From the NCBI GenBank assembly GCA_018711815.1, contig DVHU01000104.1, positions 90 to 64,089 of the forward strand: a stretch of 64,000 bases of DNA. The letters are read 5' to 3'. This DNA comes from Candidatus Egerieimonas intestinavium. GTDB lineage: Bacteria; Bacillota; Clostridia; Lachnospirales; Lachnospiraceae. Below the pieces are notes generated by a model. That model was given only the letters and a program-made list of their open reading frames with translations, was not told the DNA's origin and did no database searches. A program made the translations under genes and the position numbers. Every line of letters starts with the position of its first letter. Within the stretch, counting starts at the first letter, position 1. This document shows, one piece after another, positions 9,106 through 16,606 of this stretch.

Positions 9106-9300
9106 GTCTATATCGGAGAGCGGTTCCGCTTCTCCCGTATTCTTACGGCAGGTTCCTGCCAATTTTTCCAAAGAAAGACGACAATGTAGCGCAGCGGCGC
9201 CAAAGGAGAGTCCTTTTTTGCCGCTGGCCGGGAGGTGATGCCTATGGGGGCAGGCAGTGATGGCTGACTGTTTATTTTGCGTACGAAAAAGGAGAGATCA

Positions 9301-9942
9301 ATGAGAAAAAAGAAAATAGCAGTGTGGGCCGGGGCTGCGTCCCTGGCGGCAATCCTCTCGGCGGGGGGCGCCTGGGCGTATTTCACCGACCGGCAGGAGG
9401 CGGAGAACGTATTGACCATGGGCTCGGTGGAAATCCAGCTGGAGGAGCCCCAGTATCCCGGCAATGACACCGATGAGGTGCACAATATTTACCCGGGACA
9501 GACCATTCCCAAGGATCCCCAGGTGGCCAACACCGGGCAAAATCCTGCCTATGTGCGGCAGGAGCTCTGGATCCCCATCGGAAATGTGAAGGTGTTCCGG
9601 CCCCAGGGGGGCTACACCCAGCTCACCAGAGCGGAGCTGGTGACCTATGAGATTCAGGAGGGCTGGACGGAACAGACAGAACTGAAAAAGAAGGTGGAGA
9701 TAGACGGAAAAGCCTACATCCGTCATGTGTACAATTACGACACGGTGCTGGAGCCGGGAGAAAAAACCACGCCCCTTTTTACGAATATTCAGGTGATTAA
9801 CCTCATTGAGGGGGAGATTCCCGGGGGAACTCTGGAGCAAATTCCCATCAAGGCCCACGCGGTGCAGTCCCAGGGCTTTGGTAATGCGGCAGCGGCCTGG
9901 GAGGCCTACGGGGTTCAGAATGTTGAGAGCGGATGGGAGTGA
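9301..9942 (+). CDS. TasA/camelysin-like secreted protein with SipW-type signal peptide (paralogue 1)
   Basis: N-terminus MRKKKIAVWAGAASLAAILSAGGAWAYFTDRQEAENVLTMGSVEIQLEE matches the SipW-cognate signal pattern (AYFTD). Internal IYPGQTIPKDPQVANTGQNPAYVRQ and C-terminal AHAVQSQ motifs resemble TasA/camelysin. GGAGAG RBS. Confidence 0.75.
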   Translation: MRKKKIAVWAGAASLAAILSAGGAWAYFTDRQEAENVLTMGSVEIQLEEPQYPGNDTDEVHNIYPGQTIPKDPQVANTGQNPAYVRQELWIPIGNVKVFRPQGGYTQLTRAELVTYEIQEGWTEQTELKKKVEIDGKAYIRHVYNYDTVLEPGEKTTPLFTNIQVINLIEGEIPGGTLEQIPIKAHAVQSQGFGNAAAAWEAYGVQNVESGWE

Positions 9943-9948
9943 TAAGCC

Positions 9949-11121
9949 ATGAAGGGAAAAGGTGTGTGGCGGGCGCTGGCGGTATCCCTATGGCTGGCAG
10001 CCCTTCCCGGCGGCGTTTTCGCCCAGGAGAGCGAGCCGCTGACCATTGAGAACAGGATTGTCCTGGACAAGGTAGAGATCAGTCTCCAGGAATTTCAGAG
10101 GCAGGGGGAGGAACTGATCCCCTGGGAGAATCCGGGGCAGATCTACCCGGGGCAGGTGGTATCCAAGATTCCGGTGATTACCAACCTGGGGGCTCCCTGT
10201 TACCTGCGGGTGCGGGTCAGTTTCAGCGGCTCCGAGGAGCAGCTGAGGCAGTGGGACGAGAGCTGCCTGGTGGGGCTGGACGAGGGAGAATGGCAAGCCT
10301 TCCAGGAGGAGGATCAGCTGGTGTATTACCGGCGGGAGGCCTTGGGTTCAGGGGAAAAAACAGAGCTTTTCCAGGGACTGCGGATACCGGAGACCTGGGG
10401 AAATGAGATGGCGGATCAGGAGTTTGGCCTAAAGCTGCTGCCGGAGGCGGTGCAGTCCGCCAACTTTGTCCAGAATCTGGACAGCGAAAGCCCCTGGGGT
10501 GAGCTGGAGATCCAGGATTACCGGGAGCAAAACCGGGAGGAGGCTTACGTGGGACAGGAGGGTCCCTTTTTGATCAGCTGTTCTCCCCTGGCCATGGAGC
10601 TTTTGGCCTCCCCGGAAGGGCTGTTTTTCCTGAATTTTAATGAACGGATGCCCGGGGAGCTGCTGACTGGAGAGATCGAGCTCTCTAACCAGTGGGATCA
10701 GGCGGCGGAGCTTTTTTTAAGGCTGGAGGGCGGGGAAAATAAAAGCCCCCAGGCCCAGGAGCTCCAGCAGGCCATCGCCATGAAGCTTACCTTAACCGGG
10801 GAGGATGGACAGGAACAGCTGGTATATCAGGGGCCGCTGGTGCCCCAGGAGGGCCAGCGGCAGCTGAGCCTGGGACGATTTCCCCCGGGATATAAAGGGC
10901 TTCTGCGGATGGAGGCACAGATTCCTGCGGAATTAGATAATGCGTTTACCCTGACGGATGTAATCAGCCGGTGGATCTTCTGGACATCCCGGGAGGATCC
11001 GGTGATCTGGGTGCCAAAAACCGGGGATGAGGCGCCGGTGGGAATCCTTTTGGGAGTTAGTCTGGGCTCAGCCATCGCCCTGGGGACAGCGCTGACCCTG
11101 GGAAGGAGGAGAATTGGGTGA
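9949..11121 (+). CDS. TasA-like N-terminal domain protein with C-terminal VPKTG cell-wall sorting signal (paralogue 2)
   Basis: Signal peptide, then NRIVLDKVEISLQEF and IYPGQVVSKIPVITNLGAPCYLRVRV, which parallel paralogues 1 and 3. A second ~190-aa domain follows. The C-terminus is VPKTG (11011-11025) + hydrophobic helix + RRRIG. Confidence 0.65.
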   Translation: MKGKGVWRALAVSLWLAALPGGVFAQESEPLTIENRIVLDKVEISLQEFQRQGEELIPWENPGQIYPGQVVSKIPVITNLGAPCYLRVRVSFSGSEEQLRQWDESCLVGLDEGEWQAFQEEDQLVYYRREALGSGEKTELFQGLRIPETWGNEMADQEFGLKLLPEAVQSANFVQNLDSESPWGELEIQDYREQNREEAYVGQEGPFLISCSPLAMELLASPEGLFFLNFNERMPGELLTGEIELSNQWDQAAELFLRLEGGENKSPQAQELQQAIAMKLTLTGEDGQEQLVYQGPLVPQEGQRQLSLGRFPPGYKGLLRMEAQIPAELDNAFTLTDVISRWIFWTSREDPVIWVPKTGDEAPVGILLGVSLGSAIALGTALTLGRRRIG

Positions 11122-11807
11122 GAAGGAAGGGTGGCCGGGCTGCCGCAGCCTTTGGCGCCGGAGTGATTATGGTTTTTCTCTTGGCCCGGCTCTGGGGCCT
11201 GCAGGTCTACACGGTGATGAGCGGCAGTATGGAGCCGGAGATACCGGTGGGAAGCCTGGTCCTTGCCGGGAAAGTCCAGGGGACTTCCCTGAGGGAGGGC
11301 GACGTGATCGTCTATCAGAGGGGAGAGAGCAGGATTATCCACAGGATCAAGGAGATTCGGTGGGAGGAGGCTTCTGTGATCACCCAGGGGGACGCCAATG
11401 AAAGGGAGGATGCGGCTCCCGTGAACTTTGGACAGATACGGGGCCGGCTGCTGTGGACAGTTCCCTGGCTGGGCTACCCGGGTCTGATCCTCCGTCGAAC
11501 CCCGGGGCAGACCGTGATCTGGGGAGCCATAGGGCTGCTGGCCCTGGCCGCAGCGGTCCGGCTGTGGAGAAACAGAAGCAAGAGCAAAGGAGAGGAGGAG
11601 CTTACGAGTATTGAAGGAGAGAAAGGGAAAAGGGCCCTGGGCTATGATAGTTCTGGTTCTGGGAATCCTCTGCCTGCCGGCGGCGGGGCTCGCCTTCCTG
11701 ACCGCCAGGGAACAGGTGCTCAACCAGGCGGTTATGGGGGAAAATACCAGTACCGTAGAGGAAAAATTTCAGGAGCCGGAGCCCCTGGATCCGGAAAAGT
11801 CCCATGA
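11118..11807 (+). CDS. sipW: Signal peptidase I, archaeal/SipW type
   Basis: N-terminal TM, catalytic-Ser box VMSGSMEPEIPVGSLV, GDVIVY, ITQGDANEREDAAPV, C-terminal TM. The GTG start overlaps the upstream stop (GTGA). The last ~65 codons are low-complexity and overlap the next gene. Confidence 0.85.
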   Translation: MRRKGGRAAAAFGAGVIMVFLLARLWGLQVYTVMSGSMEPEIPVGSLVLAGKVQGTSLREGDVIVYQRGESRIIHRIKEIRWEEASVITQGDANEREDAAPVNFGQIRGRLLWTVPWLGYPGLILRRTPGQTVIWGAIGLLALAAAVRLWRNRSKSKGEEELTSIEGEKGKRALGYDSSGSGNPLPAGGGARLPDRQGTGAQPGGYGGKYQYRRGKISGAGAPGSGKVP

Positions 11808-12159
11808 ACTTCAGAAGGAGATTCGGGTGAAGAATCAGGAAAATGTGCCCTGCTATGTCCGGGTCAGAATTCTTCAGGGGGACACGGAAACCGCATGTAC
11901 CTGGAAGGATCTGGATGATAAGCTTTGGCAGAAGCGAGGGGAGTATTATTACTATACGCAGATCGTCAATTCCGGGGAGAGCACGAAGCCCCTGGCGGGA
12001 ACGCTGGTTATAGAGAAAACCGGAGAGGCGGCAGGGCAGGAGTTTCGCCTGTTGGTTTATGAAGAGTCCGTTCAGGCCTATAACCCGGAGTCGGGCGAGA
12101 ACTGGCAGTGGCTGGAGGCCTGGAAGTATTATGTGGGAACGGAAGGAGGAGTCGTTTGA
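11611..12159 (+). CDS. TasA/camelysin-like secreted protein (paralogue 3)
   Basis: KERKGKG n-region + hydrophobic core + AFLTAREQVLNQAVMGENTSTVEE (parallels AYFTD...). VPCYVRVRIL and VYEESVQAY motifs are shared with paralogues 1/2. TTG start with a GGAGG 12 nt upstream; ATG 11644 is the alternative. Confidence 0.65.
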   Translation: MKERKGKGPWAMIVLVLGILCLPAAGLAFLTAREQVLNQAVMGENTSTVEEKFQEPEPLDPEKSHELQKEIRVKNQENVPCYVRVRILQGDTETACTWKDLDDKLWQKRGEYYYYTQIVNSGESTKPLAGTLVIEKTGEAAGQEFRLLVYEESVQAYNPESGENWQWLEAWKYYVGTEGGVV

Positions 12160-14723
12160 TGAGAAAAAAGAGGAGACTGGCGGCCCTGGGAGCCTTGCTC
12201 CTTATGGCGGCAGGAGCCGCCTTCCCGGCCCGGGCCCAGCAGGCGGAGGGACTGCCCGGACTGGAAGAGCTCCCCAGCTATCAGCTGCCGGAGGGATTTG
12301 TGGTCAGCTGGGGAAAGGAGGAGGCAGATCCCAGCCAGAGGTACCGGCTATACCTCCCCAAGGGGGAGGGAGTCAGCTACCAGTACCAGCAGGAGCGGGT
12401 GCTGGAGGAGGATGAACAGGGGGTGACCCTGGAGTACGGCTATGGGGAGCAGGTGGAAATTTCCGCTCTTCCCCTGGAGGGCAGCGGCAAGCCCGACTTC
12501 TTTTTGCTGGAGGGGGAGACCTGCTGCCTTATGAGCACCAGCCCGGAGGGAATCTCCGCCCGAATGCCCGATGAGGATGTCCGGGCGGCGGCGGTCACAG
12601 CCAGCACCCTTAAGGCCAGGAGTTTCACGGAGGTGGAGGATGCCCAGGGAGATACCACCATCCACGTGACCGGAAAGGAGCCGGGAAATGATTACGTGGA
12701 CGCCTATGATTCCGCCGGGAATAAGCTGGCCACCATGAAGTTCTGGGTGGAAAACCTCCAGACCGGGGAGAAGATGTTTGCCTTTTGCCTGGAGCCCGAG
12801 GACTACACCCCTAAGTCCGGCGAGTGGTACGCCAGCGTAAAGCAGGCGGAAAACGCGGGATTAAGCCAGGAAACCATCCAACAGATGCGCAAGATCCTCT
12901 ACTATGGCTACGGAGGCCCTGGGAACCTGTTTGCGGACGACGCGGTGGGGCTGGTGACCACTCACCTGGCATTGGGATATGTCTACACGGGTAAGACCAA
13001 GGGATACCGGCTCTATGAGCCTTTTCTGCAGCAGCTGGAGAGTCTGGAGATGCCCTACGGGGAGGCCTCCCTCACCCAGGAGAGCTTAACCGGCAGGCTC
13101 AATGCAGAGGGGCGGCTGGAAACTCCGGTGACTACCCTGGAGGCCTTTGGAAGAAATCAGTTTTACTTCGATCTGCCCAGCCAGGTGACCATTCACCTGA
13201 CCACGGGCCAGTCCCAGACCGGAGGCCGGTGCATGGTGTCGGGAGGCCAATCCTTTTATTTTACTGCTCCCGCCGGGTGCCAGGAGTCCATTCAGGCGGA
13301 AGGTATCCGGGGGACATACCAGGAGCCGGAGCTGTATCTGGTTACCCCCAGGCATGCCACCAGACAGAGCCTGCTGGGGGTAGACTGGCAGGAGGGCTCC
13401 CAGAGTATCTCTCTGTCGGTCAACTGGGAGAATCCCCAGGGGGAGGTGCAGGTGGAGAAGGAAGACACCCAGGGGAACCCGCTGGCCGGCGCGGAATTTG
13501 CCCTTACGGCCAGAGAAGATATTTTGCTGCCCTCCGGGGAGATAAAGACGCCGGCAGGTACCCGGCTGGGAACGCTGACTACCGACGGGGAGGGCCGGGG
13601 AACCTTCACCGGATTGGATCCGGGCAGTTACCTGGTGACGGAGACAAAGCCTCCGGCGGGGTATCTGTCGGCGGAAGCCCAGGAGGTTACCTTGGCAGCC
13701 CCAGACAGCCTGAAGAAGACGCTGACCTTTGTAGATCAGGAAAATCAGGTGAAGCTGATTAAGCGGAAAAAGGGGACGGATACGCCCCTTAAAGGAGCGG
13801 TTTTTCAAGTCTGGAATGTGAAGGAGATGAAAAAATCCTCCTACACCACCGATGAGAAGGGGGAAATCCTGCTGCGCAAACTGGCTCCCGGAACTTATCA
13901 GTACCAGGAGGTATCTGCCCCCGCGGGCTATCTGGCGGATAAGACGGTTTACAGCTTTGTGATCGGTGAGGACGGGCGTCCCACGGACAGCAGCTATGAG
14001 AGGGGCCATGAGATCGCCAACGCCTGCACCCGGCTGGAGCTGCTGAAAGTGAATGGAAGCACCGGGCGGGCCCTGGAGGGGGCTTCCCTGCGGCTGACGG
14101 ATGCCTCCGGCAAGGAGGTGGCCCGCTGGGAGAGCAAAGAGGAGTCCCAGGTACTGGAGGCTCTGGAACCGGGAGAATATATTCTGGAGGAGCTTAAGGC
14201 CCCCGCGGGATATCTAAAAGCCCAGCCAGTGCGCTTTTCCTTGAAGGCGGAGGAGGGAACCCAGCGGGTAACCATGGAAAATTATCCCTACGGAAGCCTG
14301 ACGGTTTCCAAGACAATCCGGGCCTCGGAGATTATCTGGGCCCACGGCGATCCCACCTTCTTCTTTACGGTGGAGGGGAAGGACCTGAACGGTGAAAACC
14401 ATCGGTATCACGGCTATGTGCGCTTTACCCGGGAGGAGATCGACAGCTGCACGGACAGCCAGGGGATGGCTGCCTTGAGCTGGACCTTTGAGCATCTGCC
14501 TCCGGGGAAAGAGTACACGGTGACGGAAGAGCCGGTGAAGGACTACCGCTTTGTGTCTGTGTCCGGCTCCGGGGATGTGCGTATAGAGGGAGAGAAGGCC
14601 CTGGTGGATCTGACGAAAAAACCCACCGGACAGCAGGTCCTCTTCTGCAATGAGAAGACCCGGTACGATGGGTTTAAGCACAATGACTTGAAAGTCAACA
14701 CCTTCACCTGGAAAGAAAACTAG
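12159..14723 (+). CDS. Large secreted adhesin: thioester-domain-like region + three SpaA/prealbumin-type repeats + C-terminal beta domain, no sorting signal
   Basis: Sec signal MRKKRRLAALGALLLMAAGAAFPARA|QQ. TED-like FAFCLEPEDY ... ILYYGYGGPG ... VTTHLALGY. Three repeats of the form G-PL-GA-F-L ... TTD-G-G ... L-PG-Y-V-E-K-P-GY. Ends ...FTWKEN with no LPXTG-like motif or TM. ATG overlaps the upstream stop (TGATG). Confidence 0.75.
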   Translation: MRKKRRLAALGALLLMAAGAAFPARAQQAEGLPGLEELPSYQLPEGFVVSWGKEEADPSQRYRLYLPKGEGVSYQYQQERVLEEDEQGVTLEYGYGEQVEISALPLEGSGKPDFFLLEGETCCLMSTSPEGISARMPDEDVRAAAVTASTLKARSFTEVEDAQGDTTIHVTGKEPGNDYVDAYDSAGNKLATMKFWVENLQTGEKMFAFCLEPEDYTPKSGEWYASVKQAENAGLSQETIQQMRKILYYGYGGPGNLFADDAVGLVTTHLALGYVYTGKTKGYRLYEPFLQQLESLEMPYGEASLTQESLTGRLNAEGRLETPVTTLEAFGRNQFYFDLPSQVTIHLTTGQSQTGGRCMVSGGQSFYFTAPAGCQESIQAEGIRGTYQEPELYLVTPRHATRQSLLGVDWQEGSQSISLSVNWENPQGEVQVEKEDTQGNPLAGAEFALTAREDILLPSGEIKTPAGTRLGTLTTDGEGRGTFTGLDPGSYLVTETKPPAGYLSAEAQEVTLAAPDSLKKTLTFVDQENQVKLIKRKKGTDTPLKGAVFQVWNVKEMKKSSYTTDEKGEILLRKLAPGTYQYQEVSAPAGYLADKTVYSFVIGEDGRPTDSSYERGHEIANACTRLELLKVNGSTGRALEGASLRLTDASGKEVARWESKEESQVLEALEPGEYILEELKAPAGYLKAQPVRFSLKAEEGTQRVTMENYPYGSLTVSKTIRASEIIWAHGDPTFFFTVEGKDLNGENHRYHGYVRFTREEIDSCTDSQGMAALSWTFEHLPPGKEYTVTEEPVKDYRFVSVSGSGDVRIEGEKALVDLTKKPTGQQVLFCNEKTRYDGFKHNDLKVNTFTWKEN

Positions 14724-16606
14724 GAGGATTTTACCTTCTTCCAGAGGTCGTTGTAGGTGGCGTCCACCTGGGAGCCCAGGTAGGTGAAGGTCTCGCAGTT
14801 GGCCAGCTCCGCTTCATCGGGGAAGGCGATATGGCTGTCGCGGATATCCTCATCCTGGATCAGCTCCCGGGCGGCCTCGTTGGGGGTGGAGTAGGTAATA
14901 TACTCAAAATTCATCAGGGCAATGTCGGGGCGGCAGAGAAAGTTAATGAAGGCCTCGGCATTTTCCTGGTGGGGAGCGTTCTTGGGGATGACCCAGGAGT
15001 CAATCCAGACATTGGAACCCTCCTTAGGGATAACGTACTCCAAATCAGGATTTTCCCGCTGGGTGTAGATGGCCTCCCCAGAGTAAATCACCCCCAGGGC
15101 GGCCTCGCCGCTGATCATCTTATCCCGGACCTGGTCGATGACGTAAGCCTGAACCAGGGGCTTCTGGGTGATCAGCAGCTGCTGGGCATCGGTGAGCTCC
15201 TTAATGTTGGTGGAGTTCAGGGAGTGCCCCAGATATTTCAGGGCTACCCCGAAGGAATCCCGGACGGAGTCCTGCATGAGGATACTGTCCCGGTACTTGC
15301 TCTCCCAGAGAATTTCCCAGCTGTCCACAGGCTCGTCCACCATGGTTTTGTTGTAGAGAATTCCCACGGTTCCCCAGCAGTAAGGTACGGAGTAGAGATT
15401 TCCCGGATCAAACTGCTGGGAGGTGCGGTAGTACATATCTCCGATGTTGGAGGCGTTGGGGATATTGTCCCAGTTCAGGGGAGCCAGCAGGTCATTGTCA
15501 ATCATTTTGCTGATCATATAGTCGGAGGGACAGACCACGTCGTAGGCCACGGCTCCGGCCTTGATTTTCGGATACATCATCTCGTTGGTCTCAAATTCCT
15601 CATAGACCACCTGGATTCCGGTTTCCTCCTCGAAGAGGTCCAACACCTCCGGGTCGATGTACTCACCCCAGTTATAGACGATCACCTGATTGTCGGAATC
15701 CAGCCTGGTCTTGCTGCCGTAATAGAAGCCTCCCACCAGAATTACCGCGGCCAGAGCGGCGGGGATCACCCGCCCGAAAATGAGCCGCCTCCGCCGGGGG
15801 GACAGAAGGTTTTTTTTGCCGTTGCCTGAGCCCTGCAAAAGCTTTTCCTCCGAGGGGGACAGGTTGACGATCAAAAGCAGCGCCAGCACCGTCACGAACA
15901 TCAACGTAGACAGGGCGTACATTTCCGGCTTGATTCCCTTTCTCACCTCCGAGTAGATCTTAGTGGATAGGGTGTCCACCCCGGGCCCCTTGGTGAAGTA
16001 GGTGATGATGAAGTCATCCAGGGACAGGGTGAAGGCCATGAGAAATCCCGAGAGGACTCCCGGCAGAATATCCGGGAATACCACCAGGAAGAAAGCCCTT
16101 ATGGGGGAGGCACCCAGATCCAGAGCCGCCTCGTAGGTGCTTTTGTTTACCTGCTTCAGCTTCGGCATCACGCTGAGGATCACATAGGGGATGCAGAAGG
16201 TAATGTGAGCCAGGAGGATGGTAGTAAAGCCCAGCGTCATCCGGCAGGCCAGAAACAAAAGCATCAGGGAGATGCCGATGACGATCTCACCGTTTAGGAT
16301 GGGAACATTGTTCAGTCCGTTAAAGAAGGCCCGGGAGCGCCGGCGCATGTGATTGATGCCCAGAGCCCCCATGGTTCCGATTACGGTAGCGATCAGAGCG
16401 GCCAGAACCGCGATCAGCAGCGTGTTGTAGAGAGCCTGCATAATCTCTGTATTCTGGAATAAGGACACATACCACTGGCCGGTGAATCCGCCCCACTTGG
16501 CCCGGGTCTTGCTGGAGTTAAAGGATAACACCAGCAGGGTCACAATGGGGGCGTACAAAAACAGAAAGATGAGGCCCATATAAAAGCGTTGGATAAATTT
16601 TTTCAA
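14720..16606 (-). CDS. Spermidine/putrescine ABC transporter, fused permease (PotC-like) and periplasmic-type binding protein (PotD-like)
   Basis: 628 aa. The N-terminal ~260 aa is a 6-TM permease with an EAA-like loop (EAALDLGASPIRAFF). After one more TM comes a ~330-aa PotD-like solute-binding domain. Confidence 0.85.
   Translation of the reverse strand: MKKFIQRFYMGLIFLFLYAPIVTLLVLSFNSSKTRAKWGGFTGQWYVSLFQNTEIMQALYNTLLIAVLAALIATVIGTMGALGINHMRRRSRAFFNGLNNVPILNGEIVIGISLMLLFLACRMTLGFTTILLAHITFCIPYVILSVMPKLKQVNKSTYEAALDLGASPIRAFFLVVFPDILPGVLSGFLMAFTLSLDDFIITYFTKGPGVDTLSTKIYSEVRKGIKPEMYALSTLMFVTVLALLLIVNLSPSEEKLLQGSGNGKKNLLSPRRRRLIFGRVIPAALAAVILVGGFYYGSKTRLDSDNQVIVYNWGEYIDPEVLDLFEEETGIQVVYEEFETNEMMYPKIKAGAVAYDVVCPSDYMISKMIDNDLLAPLNWDNIPNASNIGDMYYRTSQQFDPGNLYSVPYCWGTVGILYNKTMVDEPVDSWEILWESKYRDSILMQDSVRDSFGVALKYLGHSLNSTNIKELTDAQQLLITQKPLVQAYVIDQVRDKMISGEAALGVIYSGEAIYTQRENPDLEYVIPKEGSNVWIDSWVIPKNAPHQENAEAFINFLCRPDIALMNFEYITYSTPNEAARELIQDEDIRDSHIAFPDEAELANCETFTYLGSQVDATYNDLWKKVKSS

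Noticed and set aside
9106-9300. c-di-GMP riboswitch (class I or II) in the leader of the fibre locus
   Set aside because: I looked for the conserved cores I remember (GCAAA...ACGCAAAGC...CCGG for class I; the GGGCAC...GUGCAACCGACC-type core for class II) and found no convincing match. The region is kept only as an unclassified structured leader.
10827-11723. 298-aa minus-strand ORF crossing the junction of the VPKTG protein gene and sipW
   Set aside because: It would be interesting if real, since it lies inside the candidate novel locus. However, the product is Pro/Arg/Ser/Gly-rich low complexity, it has no RBS, and it is fully antisense to two genes with strong motifs.
9077-14723. The SipW/TasA-like locus as a mobile genomic island
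   Set aside because: I saw no integrase, transposase, tRNA attachment site or flanking direct repeats. Codon usage (CGG-rich Arg) looks like the surrounding genome. The 3' end is fused stop-to-stop with potCD. It is accessory-looking by function, but I have no sequence evidence of mobility.
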